Positions 1 to 10,273 of a stretch of DNA of 64,000 nt are shown here, piece after piece. The stretch is from Candidatus Bathyarchaeia archaeon (GTDB taxonomy: Archaea > Thermoproteota > Bathyarchaeia > Bathyarchaeales > Bathycorpusculaceae). Each line of letters begins with the position of its first letter. The first letter of the stretch is position 1. The position numbers were made by a program, and so were the translations under genes. The notes beneath the pieces are model-generated. The model searched no databases. It saw only the letters and a program-made list of their open reading frames with translations, and was not told where the DNA came from. Location: assembly GCA_049515895.1 (NCBI GenBank), contig JBEKTQ010000009.1, positions 38,720-102,719 of the forward strand, read 5' to 3'.

Positions 1-1388
1 GCGAGCTCGTTTAGTTCAAAAGCGAAATCCCATCCTAGAACATCGATGCCATTTGTTCTCGGTGCCTCTTTTCCTGTTCCGATTGACCGTTTGAACTCGG
101 CGACAATTTGTCCAACGTCCAGAGAAGAAACTGGCGAGTCAACCGAACCCACGTGAATGAACCGTTTTCCTTTGGTGCCGTGAAGCCAGAGGTACCCGTT
201 TAGAGGTTGAGCACCATACAATTTAAGAATAAAGCTGATGTAAGAACGGATCTTAGTTGCAGATTCTTCGCCAAATTCGGAGGTCTGCCAAGCTTGACGT
301 TCGTACTTACCAAGATTTTGAATTACAAATGGTTTCAGGCGGTCTATTTTTAGAAGCCGTTTTCGGGTTGTGTGAATTGAAAAACGGCTAAGGTCGCATG
401 CTATCCAACGGCGTTCGAGCTTTTCAGCAACTGCTGCACTTGTGCCGCTTCCTACGAAGCAATCCAAGACAAGGTCGCCCTTATTTGATGAGGCTTCGAT
501 AATGCGTTTCAGAATGGATTCAGGTTTTTGGGTCGCATAGCCGAGGTTTTCCGTTTTGTCTGCAGGTTGTAACATTGAAAGACGCCAAACGTCGTCAACC
601 ATCTTTTTATCAGATTCAATGTAAATGATGTTTCCTTGCTCATCACGAGCATTTACCAACATTTGTTTTTCTTTAGACCAGACTCTTTTTAGCAGCTTTA
701 CTTTTTCGGGGCGCTTTTCATATTGAGCTTGAAAAGTGTAATCTGGTGTTTTAGTATACCAAAAAATTACCTGATGGTCTGTAGCAAAGCGATTAATATT
801 TCCTTGTATCTTGTTGTAGAAATGCCATATAACCTCGTTTCTGAAATTCTGTTTTCCAAATACCTCGTCTAGAATGATTTTTGCGTAGTGCCCAACATGC
901 CAATCTAGGTGAACGTATATACTGCCCGTTGGCTTAAGCAATTTCTCAAGCAGAACGACTGTATCATAAAACCAATGAAGATAATTATCAAGGTGAGTTT
1001 CCTCTCCGCCCCATGTGTCTCGGTAAGCTTTCTGTTCAATTATGCTGGGCAGTTTGGTGAAGGAAGTTTCATTGACTTGATGGTCTGGAACCTCTACTCG
1101 ATAGGAGAAGTCTTCACCTGTGTCGAACGGTGGGTCAATGTAAATTAGGTCAACAGAATTTGCAAACTCGGTTATGAGACTGGGTAGGACGTACTTCTTG
1201 TCTCCCCATATTAGTCTGTTTCGCCATTCTGTTGCGCCTTGTCCAGATAGGAATGATTCCATAGACTTCTGACGTTGTTGTGAAGATTCATTTAGAGTTT
1301 CAATTGTCTGGAATGGCAAAGCAATTTGAAGTGGAGCATTTTTGTTGCCTGATTCATCATATTTACGGTCCCACGACAGTTCAACCAA
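1..1388 (-). CDS. Site-specific DNA methyltransferase (beta class, N6A/N4C; type III Mod-like), runs off left edge
   Basis: Manual translation from TTG at 1388 (absent from the ORF track because it is truncated): RNRLIWGD, catalytic IYIDPPF (~1136), then YATQKPE and SAM-binding VLDCFVGSGT (~470), all in one frame. DPPF precedes FxGxG, which is the beta order. Confidence 0.9.
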   Translation of the reverse strand, partial: MVELSWDRKYDESGNKNAPLQIALPFQTIETLNESSQQRQKSMESFLSGQGATEWRNRLIWGDKKYVLPSLITEFANSVDLIYIDPPFDTGEDFSYRVEVPDHQVNETSFTKLPSIIEQKAYRDTWGGEETHLDNYLHWFYDTVVLLEKLLKPTGSIYVHLDWHVGHYAKIILDEVFGKQNFRNEVIWHFYNKIQGNINRFATDHQVIFWYTKTPDYTFQAQYEKRPEKVKLLKRVWSKEKQMLVNARDEQGNIIYIESDKKMVDDVWRLSMLQPADKTENLGYATQKPESILKRIIEASSNKGDLVLDCFVGSGTSAAVAEKLERRWIACDLSRFSIHTTRKRLLKIDRLKPFVIQNLGKYERQAWQTSEFGEESATKIRSYISFILKLYGAQPLNGYLWLHGTKGKRFIHVGSVDSPVSSLDVGQIVAEFKRSIGTGKEAPRTNGIDVLGWDFAFELNEL

Positions 1389-1724
1389 TGTCAACGCCGA
1401 TGTAATTCATTATTGGATTTCCCTTAAAAGCTCTTGTATACAGCAGGAAATGTGCTTCACAGCGGAGGAATTCGTGACCCTGTGGACAATTCCATTTAGC
1501 GATTGCGTGTCTCTTGACTGCTGGAATGCACCAACCGTTTATGATATCTTGGAATTTATCACTTGTCAAGACACAAAAATGTCAGCAAAGAAGTCGTTAT
1601 TGAATACCTAAAGAAGCATTTTGCCTTAGAAAATGGATGATGATTAGCTTTCCTTGGGTTGTAATAACAAAGTTAAATGCTTATAAATTCAAGTAGCCAA
1701 TTACCAATATGCGGTCTTGAATAA

Positions 1725-2825
1725 TTGATGAAGACAGAATTGGCAGACCTAATCAAGGAACTGAAGTCTATGAAGAACTTGAACAACTTTGATGAAGCTG
1801 CCACTAAACAATTTATTATTTTAAGAGTTCTGGACAACTTAGGGTGGAATATATACGATATCAATGAAGTCAGACCTGAATATCCAGTTGACCCCAAGAA
1901 TACAAAAGAGAAAGTTGATTACGCGTTAGCTCAGAATACTGATAGCATGGTTTTTGTTGAGGCAAAGGCTGTCGGTGCAGACTTAGAAACGGAGCAAAAG
2001 CAATTTCTTAACTATTGCTTTTCGAACAACGTATCCTTGGGAGTTTTGACTAATGGCTTATCATGGTGGCTTTATTTGCCTAGAGAAAAGGGAAGCTGGT
2101 ATGAACGAAAGTTCTATTCCGTAGACCTTATTCAGCAAGATGTAAACACTATTGTCTCAAATTTTGAAGACTTTTTGTCTAAACAAAACATTTCTAATGG
2201 AAAGGCTTTGGAGAGTGCTAAGAAGACTCTTGAGTCCAAACAGAAAGACCAGAAAATTAAAACTGTTTTACCCCAAGCATGGAATACTCTGATTACTTCT
2301 GAAGACGAGTCTTTTGTAGAAGCTCTTAACAAAATGGTAGAAAAAATAAGCGGTTATCGCGCGCAGGATGAAGTGATATCAGAATTTTGGGAACAAAATA
2401 TTTCGAAGCTGCTTCTTAATGGTGAATTATCTGTACGGGCAACTGGATCAAAAATATCACAAAGGCAAAATGGGGAAGAAGAGACAGCAAAATATGTTAG
2501 AAAAGGCTTTACTGGAAAAGTGATTACCGCCTTTACATTTAATAAAGAAAGACATCCAACCAAATCTTGGAAAGAACTAATGCTTATTGTTTATGAAGAG
2601 GTGAGAAAATCACATTCGCAGGACTTTGACAAAGTTCTGTCTTTGAAGGGTAGAAAACGACCCTATTTTACCAAGAACTATGACGAATTAAGAAACCCCG
2701 AAAAAATTAAGGGAACAGACATATTTGTTGAAACTAATCTGAGCTCAAATGCTATAGTCAAACTATGTGAAGAAGTTTTGAGCTTGTTTGGATACAAAGG
2801 CGGTCTGAAAATTGAAACTGATTAG
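1725..2825 (+). CDS. HsdR-N-like PD-(D/E)XK restriction endonuclease with a C-terminal SeqA-C-like domain
   Basis: EAATKQFII..LGW..EVRPEY..VDYAL..FVEAK..GVLTNG..W is the HSDR_N pattern. The C-terminal GRKRPYF...IKGTDIFVETNLS resembles the SeqA DNA-binding domain. Confidence 0.75.
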   Translation: MMKTELADLIKELKSMKNLNNFDEAATKQFIILRVLDNLGWNIYDINEVRPEYPVDPKNTKEKVDYALAQNTDSMVFVEAKAVGADLETEQKQFLNYCFSNNVSLGVLTNGLSWWLYLPREKGSWYERKFYSVDLIQQDVNTIVSNFEDFLSKQNISNGKALESAKKTLESKQKDQKIKTVLPQAWNTLITSEDESFVEALNKMVEKISGYRAQDEVISEFWEQNISKLLLNGELSVRATGSKISQRQNGEEETAKYVRKGFTGKVITAFTFNKERHPTKSWKELMLIVYEEVRKSHSQDFDKVLSLKGRKRPYFTKNYDELRNPEKIKGTDIFVETNLSSNAIVKLCEEVLSLFGYKGGLKIETD

Positions 2826-2922
2826 ACCGCTAATTTAGGCATCTAAAGCTGGAAATAATCGAAGCCTTGTGTCTATTTCTCGAAAAGTGTTGACTTGAGG
2901 TTATAACAGCAAGTTATTTTGA

Positions 2923-3021
2923 CAATTGGTTGAACCAAAACAATCTAGTTACATAAGTGTCTCTGATACTGTAAAAGACGCTGTTAGAGAACTTCTTAGA
3001 AAGAACAAATTGCTAACTTAG
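2923..3021 (+). pseudogene. Ribbon-helix-helix (CopG/MetJ-like) gene fragment
   Basis: Translates as QLVEPKQSSYISVSDTVKDAVRELLRKNKLLT*, matching the Y-x-S-x-S-[DE]-x-V-[RK]-x-A-V-R RHH helix. An in-frame stop lies immediately upstream. Confidence 0.45.
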
Positions 3022-3129
3022 TTTAAAATGGACACACTCAATTGAAAAAATATTTCCTTATACCAAATTTGCGACGCGAAATTATACAAAACCTTAATTG
3101 TTTTTGGGGTATAATCTCATTTTAGAATA

Positions 3130-4004
3130 GTGAATCGAAGAATGAGCATAGATAAAGTAAGAACTAATGCTGTTGCTTTCTTTACTGAGGCAATTGTTAA
3201 ATGGAATGAATTGATTGGTTTGTTCAACATAATAAATAAAAGAAGTTTAGTTCCTAGCTATATCATAAAACAAGCAAACGACATCCTTGTGTGGTTTCAG
3301 GATAATTACGTCGGTCGAAGAAAATTTTCTAGTTTCAGCATAATTACGAATCTTGGTAATGGAAACCAAATAACGGAAGACCCCATTTTCAATGTCATTT
3401 ACGGTGGCGCTAACATAATGAACATAGTGAACGAACAAGAGCGCTACCTTCAGGACCTGAACGCGGGTTGTGCCGCTTTAAGGGGCATCTTGCATCTGTC
3501 AAAGAACTTGAAAATGTCCCCAAGATAAACCCAGAAACAGAAGCACTCTTGCGAATTAGGAAAGTACTTTCAAGGTTCAATATAGTTGTTGACCAGTTCA
3601 AACGAGTAAGAAAAGACAAGTGTCCATTTGAAGTTCAGGACGAATACGACATCCAGAATTTACTTCATGCCATTTTAAGAATAGATTTCAACGATGTAAG
3701 AAAAGAAGATGTTGCGCCAATTTGCGCAGGTTCTTCTTCAAGAATAGATTTAGTATTGAAGCAAGAAAGAATTCTTGTAGAAATCAAAAAAACTAGCTCA
3801 AGAATTCGAGAGAAAGAACTGGGTAATCAACTAATAGAGGATATTACTAGATACAAAGACTATCCTGATGCAAATATTTTAGTTTGTTTTATTTTTGACC
3901 CTGAGCACTGGATAGAAAATCCGGAAGGATTGAGACATGATCTAGAAAAACAATCGAGTCAAAGCCTAACGGTGGAAGTAATAATTTGCCCAAATAACCT
4001 ATAA
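3130..4004 (+). CDS. DpnII/MboI-like PD-(D/E)XK endonuclease, split by a probable 1-nt frameshift at ~3490
   Basis: ORFs 3130-3528 and 3468-4004 join as GCAALRGIL/ASVKELENVPK. The C-terminal part has EYDIQNLLHAIL, SSRIDLVL, LVEIKK and QLIEDITRY. Confidence 0.7.
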
Positions 4005-4213
4005 TTCTTATGGGATTTAGCTTATTTTCGGAAAATAAGAAAAAGTAATATAATTTATTTAACCTACAAGTTTAACTTACTCTACTGAAAACAAGATAAG
4101 AAGGGCATAACAAGAAATTTTGTAACCATGTCGGCGGAAACCGTCATTTAAGTATACTTTCTTACCAATTCTAAATAGCAAACGCGTCAAATTCAACCAC
4201 TGATTTTCCAAGT

Positions 4214-4291
4214 TTAAGGTTCGTTTTCAGGATTGTCTTCTTCGCTATCATCGTCGTCGAAGGGATCATAAGGCTCTTCTTCTGTTCTCAA
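4214..4291 (-). CDS. 25-aa highly acidic micro-peptide (MRTEEEPYDPFDDDDSEEDNPENEP)
   Basis: TTG start with GGAGGT 8 nt upstream; 13 of 25 residues are D/E; lies directly downstream of the 4320-4769 nuclease. Confidence 0.5.
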   Translation of the reverse strand: MRTEEEPYDPFDDDDSEEDNPENEP

Positions 4292-4319
4292 ATAATTTGA
4301 CCTCCGTAATCCTTAATTT

Positions 4320-4769
4320 TTATTCACTCTTTGTGTTTTTGAGAAAATCTTCAAATTTTTCCTGTTCACCAAGACAATTATAGAAAGCGTGCTCCAAGTA
4401 TTTTCTCGTCCGCGGAACCAGCGATGCTCTCTCTCTATCAGCCCACCAAACATACTCAATGTTATGAGTTTTCAATATGTCTTGTCTGGTTTTATTTTTA
4501 AGTAGGGCGCACTTAAGCGCAACTTCGCACATCGAACATTTGTCATTACATTTCCTGGGCACAGGCGTTAGTCCACAAGCTTTGCATTCAATAGCGACTT
4601 TAGCTTTAGGCACGTAGAAATCGATTACAGCATGAGGAAGAAATGGAAATCTAACCTGCTTTTGTATTTCCCAATTGGGAAACACTTTTTTCAAGATTTG
4701 AAATGTAATTTCTTCCCACGCATCACCACTTACTTTTGGGGACTTGTTTGAATAATGAGGACCGTACAT
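4320..4769 (-). CDS. Small PD-(D/E)XK nuclease with a Cys-rich insert
   Basis: GDAWEE...KQVRF...IDFYV...AIECK motifs, followed by CG...CNDKCSMC...C. Confidence 0.65.
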   Translation of the reverse strand: MYGPHYSNKSPKVSGDAWEEITFQILKKVFPNWEIQKQVRFPFLPHAVIDFYVPKAKVAIECKACGLTPVPRKCNDKCSMCEVALKCALLKNKTRQDILKTHNIEYVWWADRERASLVPRTRKYLEHAFYNCLGEQEKFEDFLKNTKSE

Positions 4770-4810
4770 TTCACGCTAACCTCGTCTCAGAACAATCTTA
4801 TTTTAGTGAG

Positions 4811-6097
4811 TTATTCTTTGTCTGTTATTTCTCGTCTAATACAATAGGTAATTTCTTTTATGTAAATTTTCAGCTTTGCCAAGTCATGAGGAGAAACATG
4901 CAGCCCTCTATGGACAATGTCGTTTCTTATCGGACTTGCCTCTCTCAGTTTAACCAGTATTCCTTGCCGGTCAGGAAAATACTCTTTGAAAACCTGTTTC
5001 CAGTTGTCCCTTTTTTCGATAATAGCAGCATAATCAGAGAAATCCGCGTAAAATATTGGATCAAGGTTTTCAATGTCCGTTAAAGCTCTTTTTTCGCGGA
5101 TTTCTTTTTTAACTTGGCAGCGTTCTACTACATCTGGTGGAACTTGTAGTTTCCACCAATCATGCCCAAACATTTTTTCCATTACTCTGCTTATAAAAAG
5201 CCTAAAGTTCTCTTCAAAGCCCGTGATCTCGCAATAGCCCTCGGTTGGAATCAACGACACCAGATTTCGGTCAGATGCATATTTTTCAAATTTGGCTTTT
5301 ACTTCACTAACTATATCAAGGTTGCTTATCGCAATTTCGAGTGATGGGTCTAACTGAATTGCTTTATTGAATTCCTTTTCCGCCAATTCAGGTTGATGGG
5401 TGTTTGCATATGCGGCGCCCAAGTTGTTATGAGACGCAGCCGAGTCCGGATCTAACTCAACCCATTCTAAATACTCGTCTCTTGCATTAATCCAAAGTCC
5501 GTTCTCAAAGAATATGTCGCCCAAGTTGGAGTGAAACAGCCAATTGTTTGGTTCAAGCTTTATAGCCTCTTTGAGCTCGCCAATGGCTTTTTCCTTTAGT
5601 CCGAGCTTTAGATGGATAAGTCCAAGTAAATTGCGGGCGAAAGCTGTAACTTTTATTTTCTTTGATTTCTCGAGGTACTCTTTTGCTTTTTTGGTGAAGC
5701 CTTTGTCAAATAGCGCTTTGCCCATGTTCGTAAGTAAAACATAGTCGTTTGGGTTGCGTTTTAATCCTTTCTCAAAATATTTGATAGCATTTGTGAAGTC
5801 GCCTTTTTCACTATAAAGTGTTCCGAGACGCTCGTATGCGATTTCATCTTTGGGCGCAGCTCTGATAGCTTTTCTGTAGTATTTTTCAGCTTTGCCTGTC
5901 AATCCCTTTTCATGATACGCCTGGCCTAAATTTGTGTAAATGTATGCGTCCCTAAATCCTAAAAAGACAAGCTGTTCAAAAATAATAATTGCTTCGTCAA
6001 GCATCCTTTTTTCTGCAAGTTCCGCGCCAACCTTTAACAGTTTTTTGCAAGCTATTGGAATTGCCAGATCAATTGGCACGTCTCGCCGATTTACCAT
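4811..6097 (-). CDS. TPR-repeat protein with C-terminal Swt1-like HEPN domain
   Basis: About 7 TPR motifs (YTNLGQAY, YERLGTLY, SHNNLGAAY). The C-terminal FEENFRLFI...WW...YADFSDY...W..F...RNDIVH carries the HEPN RxxxxH motif. Confidence 0.8.
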   Translation of the reverse strand: MVNRRDVPIDLAIPIACKKLLKVGAELAEKRMLDEAIIIFEQLVFLGFRDAYIYTNLGQAYHEKGLTGKAEKYYRKAIRAAPKDEIAYERLGTLYSEKGDFTNAIKYFEKGLKRNPNDYVLLTNMGKALFDKGFTKKAKEYLEKSKKIKVTAFARNLLGLIHLKLGLKEKAIGELKEAIKLEPNNWLFHSNLGDIFFENGLWINARDEYLEWVELDPDSAASHNNLGAAYANTHQPELAEKEFNKAIQLDPSLEIAISNLDIVSEVKAKFEKYASDRNLVSLIPTEGYCEITGFEENFRLFISRVMEKMFGHDWWKLQVPPDVVERCQVKKEIREKRALTDIENLDPIFYADFSDYAAIIEKRDNWKQVFKEYFPDRQGILVKLREASPIRNDIVHRGLHVSPHDLAKLKIYIKEITYCIRREITDKE

Positions 6098-6299
6098 TTA
6101 CCCTGATTCTTCCTATATTGAAGAAACGCCCTTATATCAATAAAAGCTTGCTCATCAAAGCGCGCCGAAAAATTGAGGTTTAGGCTCAAAGGTTATTCTT
6201 CTAGCCTGATGACAGCCTTGAAGCAATCTTACCACGCGCGGCAAATCTAAGGTTTTGCAGTTCTTGTTCCTGAAAATATTATAAGCGATTCATTATATA

Positions 6300-8282
6300 G
6301 TGAAACACATGGCAAAATGTGACCGTTGTGAAGCAGAAGCAACACTTCCTTTTGAGTGCCGCTTTTGCGGTGGTCACTTCTGTATGTCACATAGACTTCC
6401 AGAAAATCATCTTTGCCCTAATCCTCCTGGGAGTTCACCATTTGGTTCTTATGAGTCAAAGAAAAATATTATCGCCCCAAGTCAACAAAATGCAGCCCCA
6501 ATCGAATCAGAAGCTGATTTGCCTTTCAAAAAGAAACCACCATATTCACATAATCCCAAAAAGCGGAAATCATTTCCATATAGGAAAATGATTGGCGCAT
6601 CATTTTTAATAATAGTAATAATTATTTCAATTGTTGCTGCATTGGATTGGAGCAAGATATTAATTCTTCCCATAGGTTTTCAGTCGTCATCGAATCCTTC
6701 AGTGACCCCTCAACCATCTAAAGAGGGCAAAACCGCTTCAGATTACAGTCAGTCTGTTTTAACTATGAGCCCTCAGGGGATCACTATTACAAAGGATACC
6801 AGTTTTACACCTATTATCAACGTGGAATATGAGATCTTTGCAGACGGGCTACCTTTTGACCTAAATTCGATCCCAGACCCAAACGTAATTATTAACAGGC
6901 TAGATTGGAACGACTTCTCCATTACTCTTAATGGCAGTCCAATTCAGTTTGAACATAACGAATATTCCGCGTTGGTTTCGTGCGATCTCAGTTCCGTGAT
7001 AAACGATGCTGGTTCATCTCCTTTGAATATCATAGTCCGATATCGAGACAGCAGTATCTCCAAAGAACTTGTGACCACACGAAGCAGCTTCACAATATCT
7101 GACATAGACAATTACTGGAATAGCAGCACCATAACAATCGGAGCACAAGGGTCAGCGTATTCATCAATGCAACAAGTTTTTGACCAATATGCAACCGTAA
7201 TTTCAGGCTTCGTATTACTCCAAGATCACATTGGCGCGCTAAAAAATGACTTTACTTCACTTGACAACTGGTATTCTTGGCTGTACACCCTGCGAGAATC
7301 AACCTCACCCGAGGCAGCATGGACTTCGTTCCAGCAATATGTAAAATCAAACGGCGTAGAAGACCTAGTTGATAAGACATGGACCGAAATAAATGCCCTT
7401 ATCAAAGCAATTCCTCAATTGGAAAACATCACTGAGAATTATCCGGATGTTCTAAGCCAAGCGCTTGTAAATGTAGCTTTGCAGTCTGTATCTTCACCTT
7501 ATGCTTTGTTGTCTACGCTTAATACCTTAGAATCTAGTTCAAGTGGAAGCGACATAGAAAGCGCCGTTAATACAGCAACAACAGTTCTTCAGGCAGTTTA
7601 TGTTCAGCTCGCCTCCGACTTTTTCGGATGGGTAAAGAGCGCGTCACCATTCAGTTACGAAAGCGATGTAGCAAATGCTGCTCAGTTTTATATGGATAAT
7701 TTAAATGACATCCGAAGTCTGAAAGGCTTTTACGGAGTGTCTTTTGGTCCAATAATAGAAACTAACGAACAATTCCAGAATGTGGGGCAAAGAGGAGTAG
7801 CTTGGTGGCCTACAATCTACAGTGAGGTAATCATAGGATCAATGTCTGACGAGATGCCTTACTGCGCTTCACCTCAAGCTCCTACTGCCTTTCCGATGAC
7901 CGAGGTTCACTGGATCTACAACTTGGGGCCGAACTCGGGAACAACACAAGTCTTTACGGTTTACTTAGCCACAGAAAGTATAGTCCAGAATTATTTAACC
8001 GCAAATGGTTTTGTTGTCAGCAACTTACCCCCAACTGCGTCGGAAAATGCAAGCTTTGGACAGGAACGCTTAATTTCAAAGTATTTTCTTCAACAACTAA
8101 ATGAAAATGGAAATTGTTACATCGAAAACTCAAAACTTTCACAAGACATAATTAAACTATCGAACTTCTTCCATGACTTTAACTCAATTTCAAACGGAAT
8201 TGGGGTAGCAAGAGAATACGGTTCACCGGAAAACCTGCTGGCAGAATTAGACCAAAACACAGTTCAAATTAACCTTAGTTAA
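6300..8282 (+). CDS. AN1-type zinc finger membrane protein with large extracellular domain
   Basis: N-terminal CDRC...PFECRFCGGHFCMSHRLPENHLC is zf-AN1. One TM helix near aa 98-116. Likely start ATG 6309. Confidence 0.75.
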   Translation: MKHMAKCDRCEAEATLPFECRFCGGHFCMSHRLPENHLCPNPPGSSPFGSYESKKNIIAPSQQNAAPIESEADLPFKKKPPYSHNPKKRKSFPYRKMIGASFLIIVIIISIVAALDWSKILILPIGFQSSSNPSVTPQPSKEGKTASDYSQSVLTMSPQGITITKDTSFTPIINVEYEIFADGLPFDLNSIPDPNVIINRLDWNDFSITLNGSPIQFEHNEYSALVSCDLSSVINDAGSSPLNIIVRYRDSSISKELVTTRSSFTISDIDNYWNSSTITIGAQGSAYSSMQQVFDQYATVISGFVLLQDHIGALKNDFTSLDNWYSWLYTLRESTSPEAAWTSFQQYVKSNGVEDLVDKTWTEINALIKAIPQLENITENYPDVLSQALVNVALQSVSSPYALLSTLNTLESSSSGSDIESAVNTATTVLQAVYVQLASDFFGWVKSASPFSYESDVANAAQFYMDNLNDIRSLKGFYGVSFGPIIETNEQFQNVGQRGVAWWPTIYSEVIIGSMSDEMPYCASPQAPTAFPMTEVHWIYNLGPNSGTTQVFTVYLATESIVQNYLTANGFVVSNLPPTASENASFGQERLISKYFLQQLNENGNCYIENSKLSQDIIKLSNFFHDFNSISNGIGVAREYGSPENLLAELDQNTVQINLS

Positions 8283-8371
8283 AACAATAGCGCACGCACA
8301 AGTGACCTGTCGGTCAGGAACGCTCACTAACGTGCTAATGTGAATCATGTTCACCTTTTCGTTTATGAAGA

Positions 8372-8425
8372 TTTAAACTAAAATTTGTAAACCCGTATTT
8401 TTTCCTACTAAACGTGAATGTAAAC
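8372..8425 (+). repeat. 54-bp dispersed intergenic repeat, copy 1
   Basis: TTTAAACTAAAATTTGTAAACCCGTATTTTTTCCTACTAAACGTGAATGTAAAC; 52/54 identical to 16082-16135. Confidence 0.9.
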
Positions 8426-8542
8426 TAACCCTCATCGCTTAGTTCGATTTACAAATTAAGGCTTGATTATTGGTTATTTATGTAAATAGTTCCCAAAAGA
8501 TAGCCTTCGTCTTTATTTTTTTAATTTTTAAAATGAGTCAAA

Positions 8543-8570
8543 ACAAGTCTTAAACCTGCTTAGCATATAA
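8543..8570 (+). promoter_or_regulatory. Conserved extended promoter motif, copy 1
   Basis: ACAAGTCTTAAACCTGCTTAGCATATAA upstream of the 8617 CDS. Confidence 0.7.
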
Positions 8571-8616
8571 CAGCCTAATATCACAAAACATTAGGGGAAG
8601 TTGAACGTATTATCGG

Positions 8617-10056
8617 TTGGTACTTATGAAGAGAACAGCGTTAGCACTAGCATTCATCTTTGCCTTCCTAGCATCCACTATGATTGTAGTTACTACTGAA
8701 CATTTTGGATCAGCTCAAAGCGGCACAAACGTAAGCTACATAATCAGCACAGATACCACTTGGACTCAAGGAAACAGTCCATACAATTTTACAGGAAATG
8801 TACTTATCCCCACTGGAGTTACCTTAACAATAGGCAATGGTGCCACCATTGACCTCAACAACTATTACCTAGAAGTTAATGGCACATTAATTATTCAACC
8901 AGGAGCAACCATTAACATTGGGCTCATAGGAGATGGCATAGATGTTTATGGCACTATGTCCGCTGAAGGCACAAGCGCAAATCCAATTCAAATAATTGGC
9001 AGCGTGCAGGGTCACATTATTATTGCCTTCTATTCCGCTGTTACCTTCTTTCCCTCAAGTATTAGCTGGAACCCAGTGACAAACTCCGGCTCTCTTATAG
9101 AAAACACCATTTTTAACCAGACAGGATTGGAAGTGCAAAGCGGAACAAGAATTATCAACAGCACGTTCCTAAGTGGAGGATTAACGGTAGAAAGCGCCTC
9201 ACCCACAATCGTAAACAATGACATTGCAACTGGTCTGAGCGTTATTCAAAACCCTAACATCCCAACCAACGCCACTGCAATACAGCCTGAAATTTCAAAT
9301 AATACCATTGGAGGCGGTCTCTATGTCAGCGCTGGAGGCGGCATTGTCGACGATAATGTCATTTCTGGCCTAAATGTAAACGATGAATATGGAGCCCCTG
9401 TGTCAACTTTAATCATCCGTAACCTGATAACCAGCGCTACAACGGGAATTTCTTGCAGCATACAAAGCGCCTACAACAATAAAGCAACTATCGAGAACAA
9501 TACAGTCACAAATAATACGGTAGGAGTTCAGATAGGAAGCACAAACGTGCCATCCATAATTAACAATAACATTTATGGAAATTCATACAACGCAAAACTC
9601 TCTGGAGTATCCTCACAAATTAGTTTACCAAATAATTGGTGGGGAACAACCGATGTTCAAGCAATCAACCAAACAATGTACGACTTCAAATACGACTTCA
9701 CCCTTGGCATAATAAACTTCTTACCCATTTTAACCACCTCAAATCCCCAAGCCCTACCTAACCCAACTGCACCAACAACAACTCCAACAACTTCACCTAC
9801 TCCAACTCCAACAACTTCACCTACTCCAACTCCAACAACTTCACCTACTCCAACTACAACAGCAACCGCAACACCAACACCTCTCCAGACAGTAACTTCA
9901 TCCCCAACATCAACCTCAAGCCCAAGTTCTACACAATCCCCAACTTCAACCCCAACCGCTCCAGAGTTTCCAACTTTGGCAATTTTGCCGCTTTTCACAG
10001 TGATTATACTGCTATCAATCGTATTTGTAAGGAAGAGAATACCAAAAAATCGATGA
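8617..10056 (+). CDS. Cell-surface beta-helix (NosD/PbH1-like) glycoprotein with Thr/Pro linker and PEF-CTERM-like anchor
   Basis: Signal peptide; DTTWT..NSPY; NNTVTNN-type repeats; NNWWGT; PT-rich linker; C-terminal APEFP-TM-RKR. Confidence 0.85.
   Translation: MVLMKRTALALAFIFAFLASTMIVVTTEHFGSAQSGTNVSYIISTDTTWTQGNSPYNFTGNVLIPTGVTLTIGNGATIDLNNYYLEVNGTLIIQPGATINIGLIGDGIDVYGTMSAEGTSANPIQIIGSVQGHIIIAFYSAVTFFPSSISWNPVTNSGSLIENTIFNQTGLEVQSGTRIINSTFLSGGLTVESASPTIVNNDIATGLSVIQNPNIPTNATAIQPEISNNTIGGGLYVSAGGGIVDDNVISGLNVNDEYGAPVSTLIIRNLITSATTGISCSIQSAYNNKATIENNTVTNNTVGVQIGSTNVPSIINNNIYGNSYNAKLSGVSSQISLPNNWWGTTDVQAINQTMYDFKYDFTLGIINFLPILTTSNPQALPNPTAPTTTPTTSPTPTPTTSPTPTPTTSPTPTTTATATPTPLQTVTSSPTSTSSPSSTQSPTSTPTAPEFPTLAILPLFTVIILLSIVFVRKRIPKNR
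9781..9852 (+). repeat. 3 x 24-bp tandem repeat encoding (TPTTSPTP)3
   Basis: ACTCCAACAACTTCACCTACTCCA x3 inside the CDS. Confidence 0.9.
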
Positions 10057-10273
10057 TCCTCAAGGCTTTTGTGGCAAGTTCATGGATTTTGATGTGAGCC
10101 CAATTGAAGTGGATATTTTTAAGTAGCAAAAATCGCAAAGCAAACAACAGACGTTGCCACGACCGATCTTTCCAATAAAATACCCAATTTATCAGTAAAA
10201 TAACGCTAAGAATGAACAGTTTCAAAAGACTTAAATTAAAACTGTATCTATTCAGAATTAACGAGGGTTAGCG

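Noticed and set aside
909-1611. ORFs 909-1148, 1342-1611 and 1381-1569
   Set aside because: They are antisense to or overlap the start of the methyltransferase and show no recognisable motifs.
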